Assembly: GCA_963737655.1 (NCBI GenBank)
Contig: CAVTTN010000002.1
Location: forward strand, 7,392,001 to 7,456,000
Length of the DNA stretch: 64,000 nt
Direction of reading: 5' to 3'
Source of the DNA: an uncultured Planctomycetota bacterium
GTDB taxonomy: Bacteria > Planctomycetota > Planctomycetia > Isosphaerales > Isosphaeraceae
Translations under genes and position numbers: made by a program
The notes under the pieces: model-generated
Seen by the model: the letters and a program-made list of their open reading frames with translations, nothing else
Databases searched by the model: none
What the model was told of the DNA's origin: nothing
Shown: positions 9,933 through 19,098 of the stretch, piece by piece
How positions within the stretch are numbered: position 1 is the stretch's first letter
Layout of the letters: every line of letters begins with the position of its first letter

Positions 9933-11707
9933 AGGGCGAAGGCTTTCTTCAGGCATTCGAGGCCCTCTTGCCCTCGATCGTGATCGGTGGCGACGTTGAT
10001 CCGGACCTCGCTGGTGTTGATCAGGCCGATGTTGATGCCTCGCTCGGCCAGGGCGCCGAACATCCGGGTGGCGGCGCCGGTGTGGGTCCGCACTCCGACG
10101 CCGAGGACACTTAATTTGGCGAGCTCGGGCTGGACGAGCACCCCGGCCGACCCGGCCACGGCCAGGGCGGCGGCTCGGGCTCGCTCGGCATGGGCCCTGG
10201 GGACAGTAAAGGAGAGGTGCGTGTTGCCTCCCGATCCGGCGCTCTGGACGATCATATCGACGAACACCTCCACCTCGGCGATCCGGCGGAACAGGTCGGC
10301 GGCCGAGCCGGGCCGGTCCAGGACGTCGAGGACCGTGATTCGCGCTTGCCCCTCGTCCAGCTCCACGCCCGAGATCACCAGGTCTTCCATCCCGTGAGGC
10401 TCCGTCGCCGGCCCGGAGCCGTTCTCGGCCTTGGGCGCCGGGGGTTTGGCGACCTTGGACGGGGAGAACGGCCGGGTCGGCTCGATCGGCGCCTCGTCCA
10501 GTCCGAACGCCTTGTGGACGGCCCGGAGCGCGGCGACCGCCTCGGCCCGATCCACCAGGACGCTGACCTTGATCTCGCTCGTGGTGATCATCCGGATGTT
10601 CACGCCGGCCTTCGCCAGGGCCTCGAACATCACGGTGGCCACGCCGGTATGGGTCCTCATGCCGAGGCCGACGATCGAGACCTTGGCGCAACCCGGGTCG
10701 TGCGAGATTCTTGCGGCGCCGATGGTTCTTGCGGCGCCGTCGGCGACCATCAAGGTCTCGGGGAGGTCCGCGGCGGACACGGTGAAGCTGACGTCGGTCA
10801 GGCCGCCCGTCGAGACGTTTTGCACGATCATGTCGACGACGACGTTCGCCTCGGCGATCCGGCGGAACAGGGTGTGGACCACCCCGGGGCGGTCGGGCAC
10901 GCCGTGGACGGTGATCCTCGCCTCGTCCTTGGCCAGGGCCGCGCCCGAGACGCTGGAGCCGAGCCGGCGAGCGTCGGTCTCGGGGATGATCCAGGTGCCG
11001 GGGGTGTCGGTGAACGAGCTGCGGACGTGGATCGGCACGCCGTACTTCTTGGCGAACTCGATCGACCGGGAATGCATCACCCCGGCGCCCAGGCTGGCGA
11101 GCTCGAGCATCTCGTCGTAGCTGATCCGGTCGACCTTGCGGGCCTCGGGGACGATCCGGGGGTCTGTGGTGTAGACGCCATCGACGTCGGTATAGATCTC
11201 GCAGGCGTCGGCGCCGAGGACGGCGGCGAGCGCGACGGCCGTGGTGTCGGAGCCGCCTCGGCCCAGGGTGGTGATGTTGTAATTCTCGTCCACGCCCTGG
11301 AATCCGGCGACGATGACGACCTGGCCCGAATCCAGCGCCTGGGCCATCCGTTCGGTGTTGATGTTGCGGATGCGGGCCCGGGTGTGGAAGCTGTCGGTCA
11401 CCAGGCCGATCTGGGCGCCCGTAAAGCTAATGGCCGGAACGCCTAAAGACTGAATCGCCATCGCCATCAGGGCCACGCTGACCTGCTCTCCGGTGGAGAG
11501 GAGCATGTCCATCTCCCGGGCCGGGGGCCGTTCGGTGATCTCCCGGGCGAGGTCGATCAATTCATCGGTGGTATGTCCGCGAGCGGACACGACGACCAGG
11601 ACGCGCTCGCCTCGTTGGTGGGCGCGGATCGCCCTCCGCGCCGCGGCGAGGATCTTGTCGGACGTCGCCACGCTCGTCCCGCCGAATTTCTGGACCAGGA
11701 GAGACAA
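9929..11707 (-). CDS. lysC: Aspartate kinase with four ACT-like domains
   Basis: VQKFGGTSV, VVVSARG, LGRGGSDTTA and TDVDGVYTTDPR; duplicated GV.DRPG...F..IAE..V.VDMIVQ regulatory pair. Probable TTG start at 11707 after GGGAG. Confidence 0.96.
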   Translation of the reverse strand: MSLLVQKFGGTSVATSDKILAAARRAIRAHQRGERVLVVVSARGHTTDELIDLAREITERPPAREMDMLLSTGEQVSVALMAMAIQSLGVPAISFTGAQIGLVTDSFHTRARIRNINTERMAQALDSGQVVIVAGFQGVDENYNITTLGRGGSDTTAVALAAVLGADACEIYTDVDGVYTTDPRIVPEARKVDRISYDEMLELASLGAGVMHSRSIEFAKKYGVPIHVRSSFTDTPGTWIIPETDARRLGSSVSGAALAKDEARITVHGVPDRPGVVHTLFRRIAEANVVVDMIVQNVSTGGLTDVSFTVSAADLPETLMVADGAARTIGAARISHDPGCAKVSIVGLGMRTHTGVATVMFEALAKAGVNIRMITTSEIKVSVLVDRAEAVAALRAVHKAFGLDEAPIEPTRPFSPSKVAKPPAPKAENGSGPATEPHGMEDLVISGVELDEGQARITVLDVLDRPGSAADLFRRIAEVEVFVDMIVQSAGSGGNTHLSFTVPRAHAERARAAALAVAGSAGVLVQPELAKLSVLGVGVRTHTGAATRMFGALAERGINIGLINTSEVRINVATDHDRGQEGLECLKKAFAL

Positions 11708-11719
11708 GGTTCCACTCCC

Positions 11720-11743
11720 GTAGGGTGCATGCAATGCACCATC
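11720..11743 (+). repeat. Family-A REP unit (GCAATG variant)
   Basis: GTAGGGTGCATGCAATGCACCATC; the first 21 nt are the exact reverse complement of 9912-9932. Confidence 0.9.
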
Positions 11744-11768
11744 GTGCCTGGCTTCTCGGAAGATTCGC

Positions 11769-12983
11769 TCAATCGCCCGACGATCCCAGGAACCGCTCCA
11801 TCAACCGCCATCCCTCGTCCAGAAGCGGCCCGCCGGCCTCCCGGGCCGAGACTTCATCATAGCCGGCGGCCCCGATTGGCGAGATCCCCGACCCCCAGAC
11901 TGCCCAGGGGACCGGGGCGCGGTCGTGGGCCCGGGTCCGGAGCAGGGTGGAATGGTCGGGCGAGACGAGGATTCGCGCGTCTCCGAGGGTTTCCAGCTTC
12001 GCGAGCAACGGGGCCACGATGTCGGCGTCAATCCGTTGCAGGGCCTCGACTTTCGCCTCGGCCCGGCCCTCGTGGCTGGCCTCGTCGGGGGCCTCGACGT
12101 GGACGCAGACCAGGTCGTATCGCCCGATGGCCTCGATCGCCGCTCGGCCCTTGGCGGCGTAATCGGTGTCGAGGTAGCCGGTCGCCCCGGGAACGTCGAT
12201 CCGGTCCCAGCCGGCGAGGACTCCGACCCCGCGGACCAGGTCCACGGCCGAGATGATCGCGCCTCGCAAGCCGTGAAGGTCGAAGAATTTGGGGAGCGCC
12301 GGGGCTCGCCCCTGGCCCCAGAGCCACACGGCGTTGGCGGGCCTCTTGCCGGCCTTCAGGCGCGATTGGAGGACCGGATGGTCCTGGACGATCCGCTTGC
12401 CTCGTTCCATGAGGTCGATCAAGAGCGAGGCGCCGGCCCCTTTCGGCAGAGAATCGCGGGCCGGGCGGTCGGGGACGTCGTGAGGAGGGGTCGTCAGGGT
12501 CTCGGAATCGAACGGCGATTCGCCCGGCTGGCCCCGGAAGACCATCAGGTTGCGGTAGCTCACGCCGGGATGGAACTCGACGGTTTCCGATCCCAACTCG
12601 TTTTGAAGGGCCGAGATGAGTTCGCGGGCCTCGTCGCTGGAGATGTGGCCGGCGGTGAAGTCGGTCATCCGGCCGTCGTCGATGGTCATGAGGTTGCAGC
12701 GGATCGCCCAGTCGTCGGGACCGAGCGGAACGCCCATCGCGGCGGCTTCGAGAGGGGCCCGGCCGGTGTAATACGCCTCCGGGTCGTAGCCGAAGAGGCT
12801 GAGGGTGGCCACGTCCGACGCCGGGACGAACCGATCGGGGACGTTCCGCGATTGGCCGAGGAGCCCTCCGCGGGCAATCCGGTCCATCGCGGGCGTCCGG
12901 GCGGCCTGGAGAGGCGTCTTGCCGCCCAGGGCGTCCTGAGGCTCGTCCGAGGCGCCATCGGGGATCACGAGGACGTATTTCAT
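11769..12983 (-). CDS. apgM: ApgM-type cofactor-independent phosphoglycerate mutase family (alkaline phosphatase superfamily; possible alternative homoserine kinase)
   Basis: VIPDGASD, KTPLQAA.TP.MD, SDVATLSLFGYDP, YTGRAPLEAA, HVEAPDEASHEG and SPDH. Confidence 0.88.
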   Translation of the reverse strand: MKYVLVIPDGASDEPQDALGGKTPLQAARTPAMDRIARGGLLGQSRNVPDRFVPASDVATLSLFGYDPEAYYTGRAPLEAAAMGVPLGPDDWAIRCNLMTIDDGRMTDFTAGHISSDEARELISALQNELGSETVEFHPGVSYRNLMVFRGQPGESPFDSETLTTPPHDVPDRPARDSLPKGAGASLLIDLMERGKRIVQDHPVLQSRLKAGKRPANAVWLWGQGRAPALPKFFDLHGLRGAIISAVDLVRGVGVLAGWDRIDVPGATGYLDTDYAAKGRAAIEAIGRYDLVCVHVEAPDEASHEGRAEAKVEALQRIDADIVAPLLAKLETLGDARILVSPDHSTLLRTRAHDRAPVPWAVWGSGISPIGAAGYDEVSAREAGGPLLDEGWRLMERFLGSSGD

Positions 12984-13050
12984 GGTGGGGATCGGGGTGC
13001 GATTCGGGCTTCGGGCGACCTGACCTAATCGTATCGGAGAATGGGTCGAA

Positions 13051-13074
13051 GATGGTGCATTTCATGCACCCTAC
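13051..13074 (-). repeat. Family-A REP unit overlapping the hom stop codon
   Basis: Minus strand reads GTAGGGTGCATGAAATGCACCATC; its TAG is the hom stop (13073-13071). Confidence 0.9.
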
Positions 13075-14372
13075 AGGAGACCTAGACACACGCTGGGGGC
13101 CTTCACGACGGGGAGGCAATCGATCTCGGCGAGTGCGGCGAAGGTGTTGGCCTCGCTGGCGGCGTGGGTCATCATCACGAGGGGGACGGGGGCATCGGGG
13201 TGGTCGTCGTCGCCCGGGTCGTGCTGGATCACGCTGGCAATGCTGAGCTTGTGGCGGCCGAGCACCTGGGCGATCGCCCCGAGCACCCCGGGCCGGTCGG
13301 CGATCGTGAACCTCAGATAATACCGGCTTTCGACCCGATCGGGAGGGGCCAGGACCAGAGGAGGCGCATCCTCGGGCCAGAGCTTCTGGGCCCGGAAGGT
13401 CAGGGCGGTCCGGCCCACGAGGACATCCACCAGATCGCCCACCACCGCCGACGCCGTGGGCAGGGCGCCCGCGCCTCGTCCGTAAAACAGCGTGTCGCCG
13501 ACGGCGTCGCCGACCACTCGGATGGCGTTATACGGGCCGCGGACCTCGGCCAGGGGCGTCCCTTGACGGACCAGGGTGGGCGCGACCCGCAATTCCAGCC
13601 CGGCCTCGCCCATTTTCGCCAGGGCGAGCAATTTGACCGTGTACCCCAGCTCGCCCGAATACCTCAAATCCGCCGATTGCAGCCGGTCGATGCCCTGGCG
13701 AGGGATCTGCCCGGTCTTCACGGTCGCGCCGAAGGCGATCTGGGCGAGGACGGCGAGCTTGTGGGCGGTGTCGGTGCCGTCCACGTCCAGCGACGGGTCG
13801 GCCTCGGCGTATCCGAGATGCTGGGCCTCGGCCAGGGCCGCTTCATACGAGATCCCCGAGAGCACCATCGAGGAGAGGATGAAGTTGCACGTGCCGTTGA
13901 CGATGGCGGCGAGCGTCTGGATCTCGTTGCCGACGAGCCCGACGGAAACGGCCTGGACGATCGGGATGCCTCCGCCGACGCTCCCTTCGAAGGCCACGGC
14001 TCGGCCGCACCTGCGGGCCTGGGCGAACACCTCGGTGCCGTGCTCGGCGAGGAGGGCCTTGTTCGCGGTCACCACGTCCTTGCCGGCGGCCAGGGCGTCG
14101 AGGACGACTTGCAACGTCGGCTCCGTGCCGCCCATCGCCTCGACGACCACTCGGATTTCGGGGTCGTCGAGGATGGCGCGAGGGTCGGTCACGATCCGGT
14201 CGTCGTCGAGGGGGACGTCCCGGCGTTTCGAGAGGTCGCGGACCAGCGCGGCCTTGACCTCGACCCGGGCCCCGACTCTCCGGCTGATTCGCTCCGAGGC
14301 GTGGTCGATCAGCCGGCAGACCCCCTGGCCGACCGTCCCCAAGCCGAGGATCGCCACCGAAACCCGTTCCAT
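13071..14372 (-). CDS. hom: Homoserine dehydrogenase with C-terminal ACT domain
   Basis: ILGLGTVG, VVTANKA, FEGSVGGGIP, NGTCNFIL, GYAEADPSLDVDG.D.AHK and DRPGVLG (ACT). Confidence 0.96.
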   Translation of the reverse strand: MERVSVAILGLGTVGQGVCRLIDHASERISRRVGARVEVKAALVRDLSKRRDVPLDDDRIVTDPRAILDDPEIRVVVEAMGGTEPTLQVVLDALAAGKDVVTANKALLAEHGTEVFAQARRCGRAVAFEGSVGGGIPIVQAVSVGLVGNEIQTLAAIVNGTCNFILSSMVLSGISYEAALAEAQHLGYAEADPSLDVDGTDTAHKLAVLAQIAFGATVKTGQIPRQGIDRLQSADLRYSGELGYTVKLLALAKMGEAGLELRVAPTLVRQGTPLAEVRGPYNAIRVVGDAVGDTLFYGRGAGALPTASAVVGDLVDVLVGRTALTFRAQKLWPEDAPPLVLAPPDRVESRYYLRFTIADRPGVLGAIAQVLGRHKLSIASVIQHDPGDDDHPDAPVPLVMMTHAASEANTFAALAEIDCLPVVKAPSVCLGLL

Positions 14373-14665
14373 CCCGCCGCCCCGACCCCGATCGAAGTCC
14401 CGAATCGACCCTCGGTTGGGGCGATAGCGTAGCGAATCCGAAGTCGATCGACAAGAGACGCCACCGTCGGAGGGCCGGGCCCTTTGCTCCTTGGAGGACG
14501 ATTCTGCGGAAGCGTCACGGCCGAGGGTCCCCCGAGTGAGACGGATTCGGCGCCGCGATTTACCCCGTCGGAGGTTGCCGATCTTGGAGAGTTGTTTTAC
14601 AATCTCCCCGGCCGAAACAAGTCGGGGAAGCACGACGATTGCGCCGAGCTGGTTGAGGGGAAGAC

Positions 14666-16123
14666 ATGCGACGAGGTCCGTCCGGCCGGGTCCGAGGGTC
14701 CGTCCTCCTGATCGTGGTGATCGCGCTGGGGATCGGGGCGTCGCTGGCGATGCGGTCGTACCGGCTCCGGGCGGAAGTGGCCCAGAGAGCGGCCCGGACG
14801 CGGGTGCCGGTCCAACGGACCGACCTCTTCGTGACCCTGAAGGCCGGCGGGAGGCTGGAGGCCGAACGCAAGACGATCATCGATTGCAAGCTGGAGAACC
14901 TCTCGGTCTCCAGCGAAGGGCGGAGCTTCTCCAGCGGCGGCCAGATCACGATCCTCGACGTGGTCCCCGAGGGGGCGACGGTCCAGAGGGATGAGGTCCT
15001 GTGCCGGCTCGACTCGTCGAACTACGAGGAGCTCGTCCGCCAGCAGGAGTTGAAGCTCCAGCAGGCCATCTCCGACCACCTCAAGGCCGAGCTCGACGTG
15101 AAGGCGGCCGAGGTCTCCCTGATCGGCTACCGAGACGGCGAGCTGCCCCAGGAGATGGAAGCCCTGGAAAGCCAGATCATCCTGGCCGAGGCCGACTTGC
15201 GGCGACTGGACGACCGCATCGCCTGGTCCAGGACGATGCTGGAGAACGGCTACATCTCCGGGGGCGCGTACGCCACGGAGAAGCAGAGCCGGCTCAAGGC
15301 CGAGATCACCCTGGAGAGGCTGAGGACCAGCCGGGAGGTCCTCAAGAATTTCGGCTCGGTCGCCACGCTCCGCACGCTCCAGTCCAACCTCGACTCGCTC
15401 AAGACGACCCTGCTGTTTCAGGACCTGCGGCTGCGAAGGACCCGGCTCCAGCTCGCCCGGTTCCAGGCCCAGGTGGCCTATTGCACGATCCGGGCCCCCC
15501 ACGAGGGGTTCGTGGTGTACGCCAACACCCAGGGTCGGGTGAAGATCGAGCCCGGGGCGCAGGTCTATCAGAAAATGCCGCTGTTCTATCTCCCCGACAT
15601 GGAGACGATGGAGGTCCAGGTCGTCCTCCACGAATCGGTGGTCGATCGGGTCCACGAGGGGATGACGGCGAGGGTCCGCCTGGAGGGCCGGCCCGAGTTC
15701 GCCCTGGAAGGGCAAGTGGTCGCGATCAACCCGATGCCCACCTTCGAGGGCCTGAACATCCTCACGGGCGAGGTCCGCAACTATCTCGGCAGGATTCGCC
15801 TCCACAGCGTGCCGACCGGCCTGGTCCCGGGGATGAATGCCGAGGTGGAGATCGAGACCGGCCGCCGGAACCACGCGCTGACGGTGCCGACCGAGGCGGT
15901 TGTCTCCGAGGACGGCCGGGATTACTGCTACGTGGCCCGGCCCGACGGCCTGGAACGCCGAGAGATCACGGTCGAGCAGGGGACGCGCGACCTCCTGGCG
16001 GTGACCTCCGGCCTGTCCGAGGGGGAAGAAGTCGTGCTCGATCCCCAGGGGGAGGACGACGTGGCCTCGGTCGGCAACGCCTCATCGCCGGATTCCCCGG
16101 TCCGAGCCGTCCCGGCCCCCTGA
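14666..16123 (+). CDS. HlyD/RND-type periplasmic adaptor (membrane fusion) protein
   Basis: N-terminal TM anchor, biotinyl-lipoyl-like halves (VVPEGATVQRDEVLCRLD; TIRAPHEGFVVY), long coiled coil, PGMNAEVEI and VTSGLSEGEEVV. Confidence 0.88.
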   Translation: MRRGPSGRVRGSVLLIVVIALGIGASLAMRSYRLRAEVAQRAARTRVPVQRTDLFVTLKAGGRLEAERKTIIDCKLENLSVSSEGRSFSSGGQITILDVVPEGATVQRDEVLCRLDSSNYEELVRQQELKLQQAISDHLKAELDVKAAEVSLIGYRDGELPQEMEALESQIILAEADLRRLDDRIAWSRTMLENGYISGGAYATEKQSRLKAEITLERLRTSREVLKNFGSVATLRTLQSNLDSLKTTLLFQDLRLRRTRLQLARFQAQVAYCTIRAPHEGFVVYANTQGRVKIEPGAQVYQKMPLFYLPDMETMEVQVVLHESVVDRVHEGMTARVRLEGRPEFALEGQVVAINPMPTFEGLNILTGEVRNYLGRIRLHSVPTGLVPGMNAEVEIETGRRNHALTVPTEAVVSEDGRDYCYVARPDGLERREITVEQGTRDLLAVTSGLSEGEEVVLDPQGEDDVASVGNASSPDSPVRAVPAP

Positions 16124-16221
16124 TTCCCGAGGCTCGGGGGCCTGGCCCTCGAACCTGAAGGATTTCGGGCGAGACCGGTTCAAGAACCGGTACATGGTTC
16201 CCGCGTAAAGCGGTGGTTTTC

Positions 16222-16246
16222 GTAGGTTCGCTCTTGCGGACCCTAC
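16222..16246. repeat. Family-B GTAG-type REP unit (self-palindromic variant)
   Basis: GTAGGTTCGCTCTTGCGGACCCTAC, related to the arms at 17033-17120. Confidence 0.75.
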
Positions 16247-16413
16247 GAGACGGCCTCCTGACGCGCTCGACATGAAAAGCCGCGTTTTCGGTCGATTTTG
16301 GGTGAAGAATCGCGGCCCCGCCGTTCGATGATGGCGGTGGGTCCGCCTTCGTTGCCGAGGGCGGTCGCGCCCGGGCCTTCCGACCTTGAACCCACCTCTC
16401 GGGTCTTTCGCCG

Positions 16414-16947
16414 ATGGCCGCAAAACGAGCCGCTCCTCGGGCGTCCACCGCCTCTGCGTCCGCGTCCGCCCCGTCGTCGTCGCACGCCCTGAACGCCTTG
16501 CTCCTGGTCGCGGCCGTGGCGTTCGGGCTCTGGCTCCTGGTCTCCCGGGGCAAGGTCTCGTGGCCTCCCGGCGATTTGCTGGCCAATGCCTACACGCTGG
16601 CCGGCTGCCTCGCGCTGGTCGGCCCGGTCGTCCTCCTCCGTCGCGAATCGGGCGAGGGCGGGGTGGGGGAGATGATGTGGATGACCGGCGGGGCCCTGAT
16701 CTGGATCTTCAACCTCGCCGGGCTCAGCAAGGGGGAAGTGCAACTGGCGACCCTCGCCACGCCCCTGGGGACCCGGGCGATGGGCCTGACGATCCTGGCG
16801 GTCCTGGTGGCCGCCTGGAGGTCGCGAGCCGGGGGCAAGTCCTGGTCGTGGACCAACGTGACGGGCTGGGTCCTCGGCCTCTTCTGGGTCGTCCTGGGCC
16901 TGGCCGGCTTGCTCCCGGGCAACCCGGTTCGCCTGGCGATGCTCTGA
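16414..16947 (+). CDS. Hypothetical multi-pass (about 5 TM) membrane protein
   Basis: Repeated hydrophobic segments; host-like codon usage. Confidence 0.75.
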   Translation: MAAKRAAPRASTASASASAPSSSHALNALLLVAAVAFGLWLLVSRGKVSWPPGDLLANAYTLAGCLALVGPVVLLRRESGEGGVGEMMWMTGGALIWIFNLAGLSKGEVQLATLATPLGTRAMGLTILAVLVAAWRSRAGGKSWSWTNVTGWVLGLFWVVLGLAGLLPGNPVRLAML

Positions 16948-17032
16948 GGGCCGGCCTTCCGGGGCGATCGGTACTTCATTCTGAGGCGGAGCTTACTCTC
17001 TCCCCCGCTATACGTGTTTCGCGGGTGAGAAG

Positions 17033-17120
17033 GCGGTTTTTGTAGGGTCCGCTCTTGCGGACCTCTTCGATTTCCCATCGTCGCGAAGAGGTCCGCAAGA
17101 GCGGACCCTACAAAAACCGC
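17033..17120. repeat. Family-B REPIN-like element: perfect 37-bp inverted repeat with 14-nt loop
   Basis: GCGGTTTTTGTAGGGTCCGCTCTTGCGGACCTCTTCG (17033-17069) and its exact reverse complement (17084-17120). Confidence 0.93.
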
Positions 17121-17346
17121 GATTCGGGGCGCCAAACACATACCCCCGCTTCGCGGGAGAGGGCGGCAGAGGCTCCCGCTTGAGCAACCGATCAAACCTG
17201 GGGCCGGCCTTGCCGAGGCTTGACGATTTCAGGGTAACGGGATTAGCCTCAAGAGGAAGCGCCGGGCCTCGCCGGATCTCATCCCATTCGCTTCGTTTCC
17301 GGCCCGATCCCCGAGACCGCTCCGCCCCTCCTCAGGAGCCCGCGAC

Positions 17347-18267
17347 GTGGCCACCGAGACCCCTGCCCAGCCGCTCGACCAGCCCTCGTCGGCCATCGAG
17401 AACGAAATCCCGAGCTACCGGGCCATCAGCCCGATGGCCGTCGCCAGCTTGGTTTTCGGCGTCCTCGCCCTGTTCACGTTCACCAGCACGACCTGGTGGA
17501 TCACGATGTTCTTCAACGTCCTGGCCGGGACGTGGCAAGACCCGCCGATCTCCGCCCTGTACTACGTCTCGGCCATCCTGGCGATCCTCACCGGCCGGCT
17601 CGCCCTGAGGAAGATCCGCAAGTACCCGGACCTCTTCACCGGCGCCTCGTTCGCCCGAGCCGGGATCGCCCTGGGCATCATCTTCCCGATCGCCTCGCTG
17701 GCCTACGCCGCGTCCCAGGAATGGATCTTGCGAAGCGACGGGATGAGGTTCGCCAGGAAGGTCACCGTCACCCTCAACAGCAAGAACGTCAAGGATGCCC
17801 TCTGGTTCATGCTCCCTCCCGAGATGAGGAAGGGCCTGACCCCCGACGCCGCCGACGCGCAGCTCGAGAAGCTCATGGATTCGGCCGAGAGGATTCGCAA
17901 CGTCGTGATCGCCATCCAGCAGATGAACGAGCACCTGGCCGCCTCCGGCCAGCCGATCCGGATCTCGGGCGTCGAGAGCGCGATGTACACCGACGTGGTC
18001 GGCTACGTCTCGGTCCTCCTCAAGGTCGGCGACGGCGAAGGGGCCGACCACGACCACGATCACGACCACGGCGAGGCCGCGAAGGACGCCAAGCCCCACA
18101 AGCCGGGCGAGGACTTCGCCCTGCTCGTCCTCAAGGGCGAGCCGGACATCCGAGGCGGCAAGTGGTATGTCGAGCAGATCCGGTATCCCTATCAGCCCAA
18201 GAGCTTCAAGCCGGTCGTCAAGCAGGTCATCGACGACGGCCACGGCCATGGGCCCGGCGGCCATTGA
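17347..18267 (+). CDS. DUF4190-like membrane protein with His-rich soluble C-terminal region
   Basis: SPMAVASLVFGVL...AILTGRLALRKIR...TGASFARAGIALG is DUF4190-like; DHDHDHDHG and GHGHGPGGH tracts; AGGAG before GTG. Confidence 0.75.
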   Translation: MATETPAQPLDQPSSAIENEIPSYRAISPMAVASLVFGVLALFTFTSTTWWITMFFNVLAGTWQDPPISALYYVSAILAILTGRLALRKIRKYPDLFTGASFARAGIALGIIFPIASLAYAASQEWILRSDGMRFARKVTVTLNSKNVKDALWFMLPPEMRKGLTPDAADAQLEKLMDSAERIRNVVIAIQQMNEHLAASGQPIRISGVESAMYTDVVGYVSVLLKVGDGEGADHDHDHDHGEAAKDAKPHKPGEDFALLVLKGEPDIRGGKWYVEQIRYPYQPKSFKPVVKQVIDDGHGHGPGGH

Positions 18268-18366
18268 GCGATCGGCCCTCGCGGCGGGACGATTCCGATC
18301 GACACGGCGGACGGACCTTGATACATCACGCCGTCCCAAGACAAGGATGTCCCGGGAGGTCCTGCG

Positions 18367-18669
18367 ATGGTCACGGTCCGCTCGTCCGCGCGTGTCGTCC
18401 TGTTCGGCGTCGTCGGGTTTTGCGCGGTCCTCGCCGAGGTTTCGGCGGGTGATCCGCCCCATCATCAGCAGATCGACTGGGCCGACCCGGTCCTGAGCCT
18501 GTTGACCCCGCCGAAACCCGCCTCCGGGTTTTTCCCGGCGACGAGCCCGGCCCCCTACGTCTCGCCCCGATCGCTGCCCTCGGCGAAGATCCAAAGGTTC
18601 GTCCGCTGGGCCCTGAAGAAGCCGACGGTGCCGAGGACGTCGAAGCACCCCAAGCCTCATCGTGCCTGA
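18367..18669 (+). CDS. Hypothetical small, possibly exported protein
   Basis: GGAGG upstream; signal-peptide-like N-terminus; no recognisable domain. Confidence 0.4.
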   Translation: MVTVRSSARVVLFGVVGFCAVLAEVSAGDPPHHQQIDWADPVLSLLTPPKPASGFFPATSPAPYVSPRSLPSAKIQRFVRWALKKPTVPRTSKHPKPHRA

Positions 18670-18687
18670 CTCCCTCCCCTCGGGAAC

Positions 18688-19098
18688 TCAGTGGGAGCGG
18701 CCTTCGTACGAGGCGTGGCAACGGTCGGTTTCCCAGAGGGTGACCTCGGAGACCGGCAATCCGGCGGTCCTCGCCCTCTCGAAGATCAATCGGGCGATGT
18801 TCTCGGCCGTCGGGTTGCGGTCCATGACGAACACGCGCTCGCCGCGAGACTGGAGGACGGGCAGGATCGGGTCTTCGCGGCAGAGGATCAGGTTGTGGTC
18901 GAGGTTGTCGTCGATCCACTTCTGGACCTGGTTCTTGATGTCCGAGAAATCGATGAGCATCCCCCGACCGTCCAGCTCCGGGCCTTCCAGGGTGATGATG
19001 GCCCGGCCGTTATGCCCGTGGAGGTGGCGACACTTGCCATCGTAGTTGATCAGGCGATGGCCGTAGCAGAAATCGATTTCGCGGGTCACGCGGTACAT
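18688..19098 (-). CDS. queD: 6-carboxy-5,6,7,8-tetrahydropterin synthase (PTPS family)
   Basis: FCYGHRL..Y.GKCRHLHGHN, GMLIDFSDIK, LDH, NPTAENIA and LWET. Confidence 0.92.
   Translation of the reverse strand: MYRVTREIDFCYGHRLINYDGKCRHLHGHNGRAIITLEGPELDGRGMLIDFSDIKNQVQKWIDDNLDHNLILCREDPILPVLQSRGERVFVMDRNPTAENIARLIFERARTAGLPVSEVTLWETDRCHASYEGRSH

Noticed and set aside
9912..13074. Hairpins right after stop codons as SECIS-like recoding signals, given selAB nearby
   Set aside because: The stops are UAG, not UGA; Hom and LysC are already full length; the hairpins are REP copies.
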